NCBI GenBank assembly: GCA_050261115.1
Contig: JBLNCY010000023.1
Coordinates: 1 to 33,188 of the forward strand
DNA from: Methanocella sp.
GTDB taxonomy: Archaea; Thermoproteota; Bathyarchaeia; Bathyarchaeales; Bathycorpusculaceae
Length of the DNA stretch: 33,188 nt
Direction of reading: 5' to 3'
A program made the translations under genes and the position numbers. The notes beneath the pieces were generated by a model. It did no database searches. It saw only the letters and a program-made list of their open reading frames with translations, and was not told the DNA's origin. Shown here piece after piece: positions 19,664 to 27,925 of this stretch (its first letter is position 1; every line of letters begins with the position of its first letter).

Positions 19664-20348
19664 CTATATTGAACTATCAGACGTGCACAAAAGCTTCGGA
19701 CCCACAAATGTGCTTAAGGGCATTAATCTACAAATTAAGCAAGGCGACTTTATTTGTATACGCGGCAAATCAGGCGTCGGCAAATCCACACTAATCAAAA
19801 TCCTAGGGTTTCTAGAATCCCCTGACGGGGGCATCGTAAAATTGTTTGGAAAAGATATTACAAAACTAAACGACGCCCAACGCTCAGAATTACGATTAAA
19901 AAATATTGGTTTTGCTTTCCAATTCTTCAACCTTCTCCCCACTTTAACAGTACAAGAGAACATAGAACTCCCACTCGCCCTTGCATCCGTTAAAAAAAGT
20001 CAAAGGCAACAAAGAATCATGGAACTTCTAAACTATTTCCACCTTGAACATTTAGCCCCACGTTTCCCAGAAAACCTATCCGGGGGAGAAAAACAACGCA
20101 TAGCCATCATAAGGGCATTGGCAAACAATCCCAAAATACTCATCGCGGACGAACCAACCTCAAGCATTGACGATGAAAACGCAGAATTGCTCATGAATTT
20201 ACTTACCAGCATTAACAAAAACCAAAATCTAACAGTAATTATGACAACAACCGACTTATATGAAAAATATCCAGCCTCCCAAGACTTGCTGCTCAAAGAT
20301 GCAAAACTCCAACCAACCCCCCACCAAAAATACTTAACTACCCCCTAG
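19650..20348 (+). CDS. ABC transporter ATP-binding protein (LolD/MacB-like)
   Basis: Walker A GKSGVGKST, Q-loop FQFFNLL, signature LSGGEKQR, Walker B ILIADEPT. The H-loop reads TTTD rather than VTHD. Confidence 0.95.
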   Translation: MLSDNYIELSDVHKSFGPTNVLKGINLQIKQGDFICIRGKSGVGKSTLIKILGFLESPDGGIVKLFGKDITKLNDAQRSELRLKNIGFAFQFFNLLPTLTVQENIELPLALASVKKSQRQQRIMELLNYFHLEHLAPRFPENLSGGEKQRIAIIRALANNPKILIADEPTSSIDDENAELLMNLLTSINKNQNLTVIMTTTDLYEKYPASQDLLLKDAKLQPTPHQKYLTTP

Positions 20349-20755
20349 ATAACCCCCATAATTCAGCATTTTTGTCAGCTACACAAGGGCAGCACGATAA
20401 TTACCAAAATCAATAGCTTCTGCCACCAACATTGCGAAAACGCAGAACAACCCTTTCAGAACACTTAAAAAGACAACTAATTACTGCCTCATTATTTACA
20501 AAAAATAAAGAAAATATGTGTTTTACTGTTTTTTAGCCCATTTTATCCAAGCCTCAGAACTCAATAAATCAAAAGCTTCCAAGGGATGAATAAGGTCTCT
20601 TTTTATCAAACGCTTGCTTTGCAACACTTGCCCCTCTCTCAAGCATATAACGCCACGGGTAAATATTTAAAATTTTGCTAAGTTGGCTAAAAGGTAAGCT
20701 CAAAATGCTTATATCCGCTTATTCTACTGTAGTGCTTGTTGGTGGCCAGCAATAA

Positions 20756-20866
20756 GGATATTTACCGTTTGGTATTCGTGATGATGTCTATTGGAGTTTG
20801 GCGTTGGCGGTTTATGCGACTGCAAGTATGGCGCCTGAGCCATCTCTGGTGGTCATACCAAGATAG
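20756..20866 (+). pseudogene. C-terminal remnant resembling a phage terminase large subunit nuclease domain
   Basis: The frame reads GYLPFGIRDDVYWSLALAVYATASMAPEPSLVVIPR*, with an in-frame TAA just before it and no upstream start. It resembles the G.HDD..W(S/A)LALA motif at the end of TerL proteins. Confidence 0.55.
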
Positions 20867-20982
20867 ATCAGTTGATTTTTGTGATTTTTTCTGGTGATGA
20901 ATATTTGCCTGTGTAAGTTAAAAGGTAATTTCGATAAAAATTATATACTAATTAACTAAAATAAGAGGCGCCAATTACTGAG

Positions 20983-21022
20983 TAGGTTAAACTATAGGTT
21001 AAACTGGTCAGTGCTAGGTCAG
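20983..21022 (+). promoter_or_regulatory. Tandem direct repeats upstream of the TrmB gene (candidate operator)
   Basis: TAGGTTAAACT at 20983 and 20995; GGTCAG at 21006 and 21017. These follow a BRE/TATA-like AAAAATTATATA at 20936-20947. Confidence 0.45.
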
Positions 21023-21045
21023 CAAAATATGAAGTTGGTGCATAT

Positions 21046-21882
21046 TTGATGCAAACAAAATCATTTGATCTGCAGGATGTTTCATCCATTAGCCAATTGG
21101 GAATGAGTAGGATTGAATTGGAGGAGGGCGTAAATGTTCTGGTTGGTTTAGGACTTACAGACCGGCAAGCACGAGTCTATCTCTCGCTGCTCAAAATTGG
21201 AGCTGCTAGAGTTAGGGCTATCGCCCAGACTGCTCAATTTAACCGTCAGGAAGTTTATAGCTTGCTAGCGAGTTTGCATCAACTAGGACTGGTACAACAA
21301 AGCCTTACTGTGCCAGTAAACTACACAGCCATACCTATTGCCGTAGCCATAAAAATACTACTAAAACAAAAAACTACCCAACTAACCCTCATATCCCAAA
21401 AGGCAAAAGAACTTACAAAAAAACTCGACTCCTGGTCCTCCTTCACGTCACTGGCTTCGAAACATTCTTTTGGTGAAATCTGCGGGGCTGATCGAGGTAA
21501 AAAATACCAAAAAGCCCTTGAAGAAACCCAGCATACACTTGAAGTAGTTACCGGCTGGTTAAGGTTTAAGCAGCTATGTTTTAAGTTTGAAACGGAGCTA
21601 GAGGCTGCGCTAAAGAGGGACATAACTATTCGTGTATTAACCGAAAAACCCGCGAATCATCAACTTCCAAAGTGGGTTGAGGTGGCATTATTAAAATATT
21701 CTAATTTTAACCTAAAAACTATACCGACCCCTCCAACTGCTGCAGTCACTATATTCGATCAGTCGCAAGCAGCGATTGCCTTCAACTCTCACGCTGGATT
21801 TAATGACGGGCCTATACTATGGACAACTCACCCCGCCCTGATAGCTGTCTGCCAATCTTTTTTTGACAAAGTTTGCGGATAA
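21046..21882 (+). CDS. TrmB-family transcriptional regulator
   Basis: LGLTDRQARVYLSLLKIG...IAQ...RQEVYSLL..L.QLGLV....P..Y.AIP is a TrmB HTH. The C-terminal effector domain includes IFD....I and LWTTHPAL. Confidence 0.9.
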   Translation: MMQTKSFDLQDVSSISQLGMSRIELEEGVNVLVGLGLTDRQARVYLSLLKIGAARVRAIAQTAQFNRQEVYSLLASLHQLGLVQQSLTVPVNYTAIPIAVAIKILLKQKTTQLTLISQKAKELTKKLDSWSSFTSLASKHSFGEICGADRGKKYQKALEETQHTLEVVTGWLRFKQLCFKFETELEAALKRDITIRVLTEKPANHQLPKWVEVALLKYSNFNLKTIPTPPTAAVTIFDQSQAAIAFNSHAGFNDGPILWTTHPALIAVCQSFFDKVCG

Positions 21883-22075
21883 GGTTGGAAATATGTCCTG
21901 AATCCTTCTATTCATTCAGCTTTTTATTTAAAAAAAGGAAACTAACTACGCTCGCTCTTTAACTCTCTCTATTCCACAGTGATATCTGTTGTCAAAAAAC
22001 CGCACCGCACCTCAATAAATAGCAGAATAGCCCTTGACACTTTTTATAAAAAAATATTTAAAGGAAGGAAAAGAA

Positions 22076-24622
22076 ATGCAAAAACCAAACAAATTATCGG
22101 CCAACAAGTTGTCAATAATTGCTATACTTCTAATGCTAAGCCTAGCTATACCAATATTTACGCTGCCAGCAGCGAGTGCATCTGAATACAAAACCGTTGC
22201 CTATATCGTAGCCAATCCTAACCCTGTAGGCGTTAATCAACCTATAAATGTCATAATGTGGGCTGGCATTGTCTTGCCAAGCGCAAGTGTTAGCAACGAC
22301 ATTAGATGGCATGACTACAAACTAGTAATAACAGACCCTGACGGAAAAACAGAAACAAAAACTTGGCCCATAGTTGAAGACACAACATCTACACAGTTTC
22401 TACAATATATACCCACAAAGGCAGGCACATACAGCTTTGTCTTCAGCTACCCCGACTTGAACTACACTTGGAGCGGGACATACAGAGGCACAATTTTCTT
22501 GGGCGCTACTAGCAAAGTATTGAACGTTACCGTGCAGGACGAGCCAGTGCCTGACCCAATCACCAGCTATCCGCTTCCCAATGAGTACTGGACACGACCC
22601 ATAGAAGGACAAAACACTGACTGGTGGGCGATCTCGTCACACTGGCTAGGTTACAGTCATCCTAAGCACTCAAGCAACATTAGATTCCAACCAGACGGTT
22701 TAGCACCTAACAGCGCACACATACTTTGGACAAAATCCATCGATGAAGGCGGGGTAGTCGGAGGAACAGGCGTCGGCATCGATGGCAACATGTACTACTC
22801 AGGTATGGCTTATAACGCCCGATTTACCAACCCATTAATTCTCAACGGACGGCTATTCTACCCGCTTCCCAACCAGAACTCTGGTACAGGCGGCGGATAC
22901 ATGGCTGTAGACTTACTCACTGGCGAAGAATTATGGTTCAGTAAAGACATTACCAGTTCACCAACATTCGGCTACCTCTATGGCTTCAACAGCGAAAACC
23001 AACACGGCGCAATCCCGCCTGGTCTACTGTTCACAAACAACTTTGCAAGAGGATATCACCCACTCACAGGTGAAAACGTCATTAACGTCACTGGCGTTCC
23101 CTCAGGCGTATCTGTTCTTGGACCACAAGGAGAAATCATACGCTACGTACTAACAAACCTCGGTAGTGCCTCAAACCCCAACTATTACCTTGCAGCATGG
23201 AACTCATCGAGAGTAGTTTGGCCTGAATCAGGCACCGCTGTTGGTCAATCAGCAACAGCTAACGCCGGTACACCCGACCGATATGACTGGAACGTTTCGC
23301 TATCAAAACCTATACCTCAAGGAACCTCAGCACAATTGGCCATATTTGACGACATACTGATCGGCAGCTCATCTTTCGCATCCTTTGGCGGCTTCGGAAC
23401 GCCCGACCCGTTCACATTCTGGGCCATAAGCCTAAAGCCTGAATCACGAGGAACCCTGCTTTGGAGTAGAAACTATTCCGCACCTGAAGGAAACGTCACA
23501 ATACGCCTACCGACACTAGACGAAGTGAACCGCCAAATCATCTGGCGTGAAAAAGAAACCATGGTATTCCAAGCTCTCAACATAGACAATGGCGACTTAA
23601 CTTGGAAAACAAAAACAATCGCCGAAGTATCTGACTGGGAATACTTTGACCCAACTTTCAGCGGTCAATTCTTCATGCCAGCTTATGGCAACCTCTACCA
23701 CGCAGGAGTAGGCGGAGCAGTCTATTGCTATGACGGAAACGACGGCTCTCTACTATGGGTTAACGGCATCGACAAGAACGATCCTAAGAACTCTACATAC
23801 AGCGGCTTAGCAACAGCATGGGGAGTTTACCCACAATACATCCACGTTATTGCTGACGGGAAAGTATACGTCGGAACTGGTGAGCACTCACCTGACTCTC
23901 CACTATGGAAAGGCGCAAAGGTTCGATGTCTCAACGCTACCAGTGGCGAAGAACTCTGGTCTCTCTCAAGCTACTTAGGCTTCCCAGGACGAGTATACGT
24001 TGCCTTAGCAGACGGCGTCTTCGTATACGACGACCTCTACAACCACCAAATAACTGCTATCGGCAAAGGCCCAAGCGCACTAACCGTTGAAGCACCGATG
24101 ACCTCAAACAAACTCGGCGACTCAGTCGTCATCCGCGGCACAATCATAGATACCTCCGCAGGCACAAAGCAAAACGAGCAGGCAGCACGCTTCCCCAACG
24201 GAGTCCCAGCAGTTTCAGACGAAAGCCAAGCAGCATGGATGGAATACGTCTATAAGCAGAAGCCACGCCCAACCGACATAACAGGTGTTGAAGTTATGCT
24301 TAGCGTAGTCGACTCTAACGGCAACTACCGACCAATCGGCACCGCCACAAGTGACGCAGACGGTTTCTTTACCTACAGTTGGAAGCCAGACATTGAAGGA
24401 ACATACATAGTCTATGCAACTTTCGCTGGTAGCGAATCGTATTGGCCCTCCCATGATGTCACATCATTTGTCGTCGATCCTGCACCTGCAACCCCAACCC
24501 CGCAACCAACACAGGCACCATCCGCAGCTGATCTATACTTCATCCCAGCAGTCGCAGGCCTATTCGTCGCCATAATCGCAGTTGGTCTGTTGACTATGCT
24601 GATGCTCAAAAAGCGCCCATAA
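22076..24622 (+). CDS. Membrane-anchored PQQ-like beta-propeller surface protein
   Basis: Start reassigned to ATG 22076 (AAGGAAGG upstream). Signal peptide; propeller blades AVDLLTGEELW, CYDGNDGSLLW, CLNATSGEELW, IADGKVY; Ig-like C-terminal domain, PT linker, TM and KKRP. Confidence 0.9.
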   Translation: MQKPNKLSANKLSIIAILLMLSLAIPIFTLPAASASEYKTVAYIVANPNPVGVNQPINVIMWAGIVLPSASVSNDIRWHDYKLVITDPDGKTETKTWPIVEDTTSTQFLQYIPTKAGTYSFVFSYPDLNYTWSGTYRGTIFLGATSKVLNVTVQDEPVPDPITSYPLPNEYWTRPIEGQNTDWWAISSHWLGYSHPKHSSNIRFQPDGLAPNSAHILWTKSIDEGGVVGGTGVGIDGNMYYSGMAYNARFTNPLILNGRLFYPLPNQNSGTGGGYMAVDLLTGEELWFSKDITSSPTFGYLYGFNSENQHGAIPPGLLFTNNFARGYHPLTGENVINVTGVPSGVSVLGPQGEIIRYVLTNLGSASNPNYYLAAWNSSRVVWPESGTAVGQSATANAGTPDRYDWNVSLSKPIPQGTSAQLAIFDDILIGSSSFASFGGFGTPDPFTFWAISLKPESRGTLLWSRNYSAPEGNVTIRLPTLDEVNRQIIWREKETMVFQALNIDNGDLTWKTKTIAEVSDWEYFDPTFSGQFFMPAYGNLYHAGVGGAVYCYDGNDGSLLWVNGIDKNDPKNSTYSGLATAWGVYPQYIHVIADGKVYVGTGEHSPDSPLWKGAKVRCLNATSGEELWSLSSYLGFPGRVYVALADGVFVYDDLYNHQITAIGKGPSALTVEAPMTSNKLGDSVVIRGTIIDTSAGTKQNEQAARFPNGVPAVSDESQAAWMEYVYKQKPRPTDITGVEVMLSVVDSNGNYRPIGTATSDADGFFTYSWKPDIEGTYIVYATFAGSESYWPSHDVTSFVVDPAPATPTPQPTQAPSAADLYFIPAVAGLFVAIIAVGLLTMLMLKKRP

Positions 24623-24639
24623 CACAAAAGCCAAAACCA

Positions 24640-24670
24640 ACCCTCCTTTCTCTTTTTTTAGCTATTTTTA
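24640..24670 (+). terminator. Pyrimidine/oligo-T archaeal-type terminator
   Basis: CCCTCCTTTCTCTTTTTTTA about 20 nt after the stop codon. Confidence 0.5.
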
Positions 24671-24867
24671 TAATATAACCGCATTCAGATTGCCGCACCA
24701 ACCAAACCAACATAGAAGTCCAACAACAACCAAATCAACCACAACCAAATAACCAACCCAAAAGACAACCCCCCTCAAACCCACAACCACACAAATACCC
24801 CAACAAACAACACCAAACCACCAAAACCGATAAAACACACACAGCACACCATACAAAAGCGAAAACA

Positions 24868-26454
24868 ATGGCAAAAGCAACCGAGATGGCTAAAGTTACA
24901 GCAAGAGGTGGCTTCCACTTACTTTGGGGATTGGTTGTCTCAACAGCGATATCTGCGTTGGGAACCATCGCCATCGCATACTTCCTAGGCGAGGACAACA
25001 TGGGCCTCTACTACGTCGCCATAAACGCGCCCGTCCTCATTGCGACTTTTAGAGACTGGGGCGTCAACACCGCCATCGTCAGATACACCGCCCAATACAA
25101 CCACCAAAACAACACTGCAAAAATCAGAAGCATATTCATCGCAGGCCTAACATTCGAGTTGCTCTTAGGCCTAATCCTAACGGTCCTATCAATCTCCATA
25201 TCAGGCTTCCTGGCAGCCGGTTTCCAGCGCCCCCAAATAGCTGAACTCATACAAATCAGCTCTATCGTCATCCTAACAGGCGGAATACTAAACGTAGCAA
25301 CCGCGGCCTTCACAGGCATGGAAAGAATGCATCTCAACAACATCGTGCTTATCGTTCAATCCGTCGTAAAAACAGCCCTCATACTTGGATTAGTAGTGCT
25401 TGGTCTTGGCACCGTTGGCGCAGTAACTGGCTATGTCGCTGCCACACTTGTCGCTGGAGTAGTCGGCTTATTCATCATGTACTCCATGTACCGGTCACTA
25501 CCTAAACCAGAAGACGGCAAACTCTCCCTAATAGAGAACATAAAAATCCAACTAAAATATGGCATGCCAATATCTATCGGTTCAATACTAACGGGTTTCC
25601 TCACACAATTCTACATATACATAATTGCAATCTTTGTGGCTAACGATGCCTTAATCGGCAACTATTCAGTCGCGCAGAACTTTGTTGTCCTAATAAGCTT
25701 CTTTGCGACCCCCGTTACTACTATGCTGTTGCCTGCCTTTTCAAAACTCGATTACCAGAAAGACAAAAACACCCTCAAGAATGTATTTCAATACTCAGTC
25801 AAGTACGCCGCGTTAATTGTAGTGCCCGTTTCAGCGCTAGTCATGGTCTTAGCTGAGCCCGCCATCGGAACTATCTACGGCAACCGTTATCTGGATGCAC
25901 CCTTATTCCTAGCGTTACTTTCCCTAGGCTACCTGTACGCTGCTTTAGGCAACCTTAGCACCGGCAACCTGATAAACAGTCAAGGCGACACGAAATTCAA
26001 CCTAAAAATGAGCATACTAACCGTAATAATCGGCTTTCCACTGAGCACTTTACTAATCTCCCAGTTCGCCGTAATTGGCCTCATCGCAACCACCCTAATC
26101 GTTGGTATTCCGCCGCTAATTGTCAGTCTAATCTTCATAAAACGACGCTATGGAGTTTCAGTGGATTGGTTGTCATCTGCAAAAATCCTATTCTCTTCTG
26201 TTATTGCGGGAGCCGTAACTTATCTTGCTCTGCCTTTGCTGCCTCTTAGCAATCCAATCGAGCTAGTTCTAGGCTGCATAATATTCGTTGTTGTTTTCAT
26301 TGTTGCTGCGGTTGTTACTCGTACCATCGATAAATCTGATATTGATAATGTCCGTGAAATCATAAGTGGGCTTGGTCCACTCCGAAAACCCCTTACATTC
26401 ATTATCGATGTAATTGCTAAGATGATGCCAAAATCTAAACCTGATAAACAATAA
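24868..26454 (+). CDS. Oligosaccharide flippase (Wzx/MOP superfamily)
   Basis: About 14 TMs; LGEDNMGLY, DWGVNTAIVRY, IGNYSVA, LLPAFSKL, GTIYGNRY..APLFL. Located upstream of the rml genes. Confidence 0.9.
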   Translation: MAKATEMAKVTARGGFHLLWGLVVSTAISALGTIAIAYFLGEDNMGLYYVAINAPVLIATFRDWGVNTAIVRYTAQYNHQNNTAKIRSIFIAGLTFELLLGLILTVLSISISGFLAAGFQRPQIAELIQISSIVILTGGILNVATAAFTGMERMHLNNIVLIVQSVVKTALILGLVVLGLGTVGAVTGYVAATLVAGVVGLFIMYSMYRSLPKPEDGKLSLIENIKIQLKYGMPISIGSILTGFLTQFYIYIIAIFVANDALIGNYSVAQNFVVLISFFATPVTTMLLPAFSKLDYQKDKNTLKNVFQYSVKYAALIVVPVSALVMVLAEPAIGTIYGNRYLDAPLFLALLSLGYLYAALGNLSTGNLINSQGDTKFNLKMSILTVIIGFPLSTLLISQFAVIGLIATTLIVGIPPLIVSLIFIKRRYGVSVDWLSSAKILFSSVIAGAVTYLALPLLPLSNPIELVLGCIIFVVVFIVAAVVTRTIDKSDIDNVREIISGLGPLRKPLTFIIDVIAKMMPKSKPDKQ

Positions 26455-26471
26455 CCTATATCTGCCCATCG

Positions 26472-26651
26472 TTAGTGGGATAAGGCTATCAGGTTATCGG
26501 AGTTTTTTTCTCTGTTTAGTTTTCTATATTTGCCGCAGTAGCTGCCGCCGAAATGTGTGCAGGTATAGCTTGCACCAGTATACAAGTTGCATGCGTCTTT
26601 GAATTTGCATTCAACCTGTTTTTTTAGGGGCTCAAAAAGCGGTCTCTTCAT
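26472..26651 (-). CDS. Small 4-Cys protein (possible metal-binding)
   Basis: ATG 26651 with an AGGTGA RBS. 59 aa: MKRPLFEPLKKQVECKFKDACNLYTGASYTCTHFGGSYCGKYRK... (C-x5-C-x9-C-x7-C). Confidence 0.6.
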   Translation of the reverse strand: MKRPLFEPLKKQVECKFKDACNLYTGASYTCTHFGGSYCGKYRKLNREKNSDNLIALSH

Positions 26652-26802
26652 TGTTTCACCTTTCAGACGAGAAGTGTACACGCAGTTATCGTTGGTCTGG
26701 TTTATACAATTATGTGACTGCAAAAATGAGCCTACAATAGCATATGTCTGTCTAATGGTAACTCATAATACTTAGTTCTCGCCTCTTTGTTTTGGGATAT
26801 TC

Positions 26803-27864
26803 ATGAAAGCGCTTGTACTTAGCGGCGGTAAGGGAACAAGGCTTAGACCTCTAACCTTCACGTGTGCAAAACAGCTCATACCCGTAGCCAACAAACCCGT
26901 CCTAGGATACGTTCTTGACCAAGTTGCAGCTACAAGCATAAAGAAGGTGGGCATAATTACCGCTCACGAAACAGGGCACTTCGTCAAGGACTATGTAGGT
27001 GATGGCTCGGATTGGAGCCTAAATGTTTCCTATATTTCTCAAGAGCCGCTAGGTCTTGCGCATGCTGTCAAGACCGCTAAAAGGTTCTTAGGTAACGATT
27101 CTTTCGTTATGTGCCTTGGCGATAACGTTACCGGTCAAGGTTTAGCTTCTTTTGTTAAAAAATTCAAGAGTCAGCGCCTTGATGCTCTGATTATTTTAAA
27201 AGAGGTAGACAACCCTTCCGCATTCGGAATTGCGCAACTAGACGGGGAGGGGAACATTGTCCGCTTGGTGGAAAAACCCAAGGAACCTATCGGCAGCAAC
27301 CTTGCAATTATCGGCACTTACTTGTTTTCTAACAAAGTACATGAAGCGATTGAGCGGATTAAACCTTCCTGGCGTGGAGAGTTAGAAATCACGGATGCGA
27401 TTCAAGAAATGATTAATATGGGCTTTACTGTGAAAGCGGAAATTCTAAATTCCTGGTGGCTTGACACCGGCAAAAAGGATGACATCCTTTCAGCAAACGC
27501 CAAGATTCTCGATGAATATATCCAGGCTGATGTGAGGGGTGCTGTAATAAATAGTGCTGTAGATGGGCGGGTCAAGGTAGAACCGGATGCTCGAATAATA
27601 AATAGCACTGTTCGGGGCCCCTGTATTATCGGTAAAAACGTTGTTATAGAGAACTCTTTTATTGGGCCTTATACGAGCATTGGTAACGGCACTAAAGTTT
27701 GTAATTCCAATCTAGAATACTGTGTTATCCAGGACTGTGTTACTATACTTGATGTTGAGCGTTTGGAAGATAGTTTGATCGGCAAAAACGCTAAGGTAAC
27801 CCGTAATAATAGGAATAGAACGATAAAGCTGCATGTTGGCGATTACTCGGAGCTTCAAGTATAG
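26803..27864 (+). CDS. rfbA: Glucose-1-phosphate thymidylyltransferase (long form)
   Basis: LSGGKGTRLRPLT...KQLIPVANKP, QEPLGLAHAV, LGDN, VEKP, SWRGELEITDAIQ, WWLDTGK, plus a C-terminal hexapeptide region. Confidence 0.95.
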   Translation: MKALVLSGGKGTRLRPLTFTCAKQLIPVANKPVLGYVLDQVAATSIKKVGIITAHETGHFVKDYVGDGSDWSLNVSYISQEPLGLAHAVKTAKRFLGNDSFVMCLGDNVTGQGLASFVKKFKSQRLDALIILKEVDNPSAFGIAQLDGEGNIVRLVEKPKEPIGSNLAIIGTYLFSNKVHEAIERIKPSWRGELEITDAIQEMINMGFTVKAEILNSWWLDTGKKDDILSANAKILDEYIQADVRGAVINSAVDGRVKVEPDARIINSTVRGPCIIGKNVVIENSFIGPYTSIGNGTKVCNSNLEYCVIQDCVTILDVERLEDSLIGKNAKVTRNNRNRTIKLHVGDYSELQV

Positions 27865-27925
27865 CTGGCGAAATGGAATATTATAAATATTCTTAAATGG
27901 TAACTGAAGCAGGCAAGGAAAGCCG

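Noticed and set aside
20523-20665. Short - strand frame ending ...RDLIHPLEAFDLLSSEAWIKWAKKQ*
   Set aside because: Looks protein-like but has no convincing start or recognisable family. It may be another gene scar, but I cannot support that.
20778-20897. Trp-rich short frame (MMSIGVWRWRF...FFW*) as a leader peptide
   Set aside because: No trp genes downstream. TGG abundance follows from local G/T skew, and another frame gives a better terminase-like match.
24700-24860. Possible CRISPR array or tandem repeat
   Set aside because: No conserved repeat unit, no regular spacing and no cas genes.
24668-25001. Hydrophobic - strand ORFs over the A/C tract
   Set aside because: The V/G/W/C-rich translation simply reflects the G/T-rich strand, and the ORFs overlap the flippase start.
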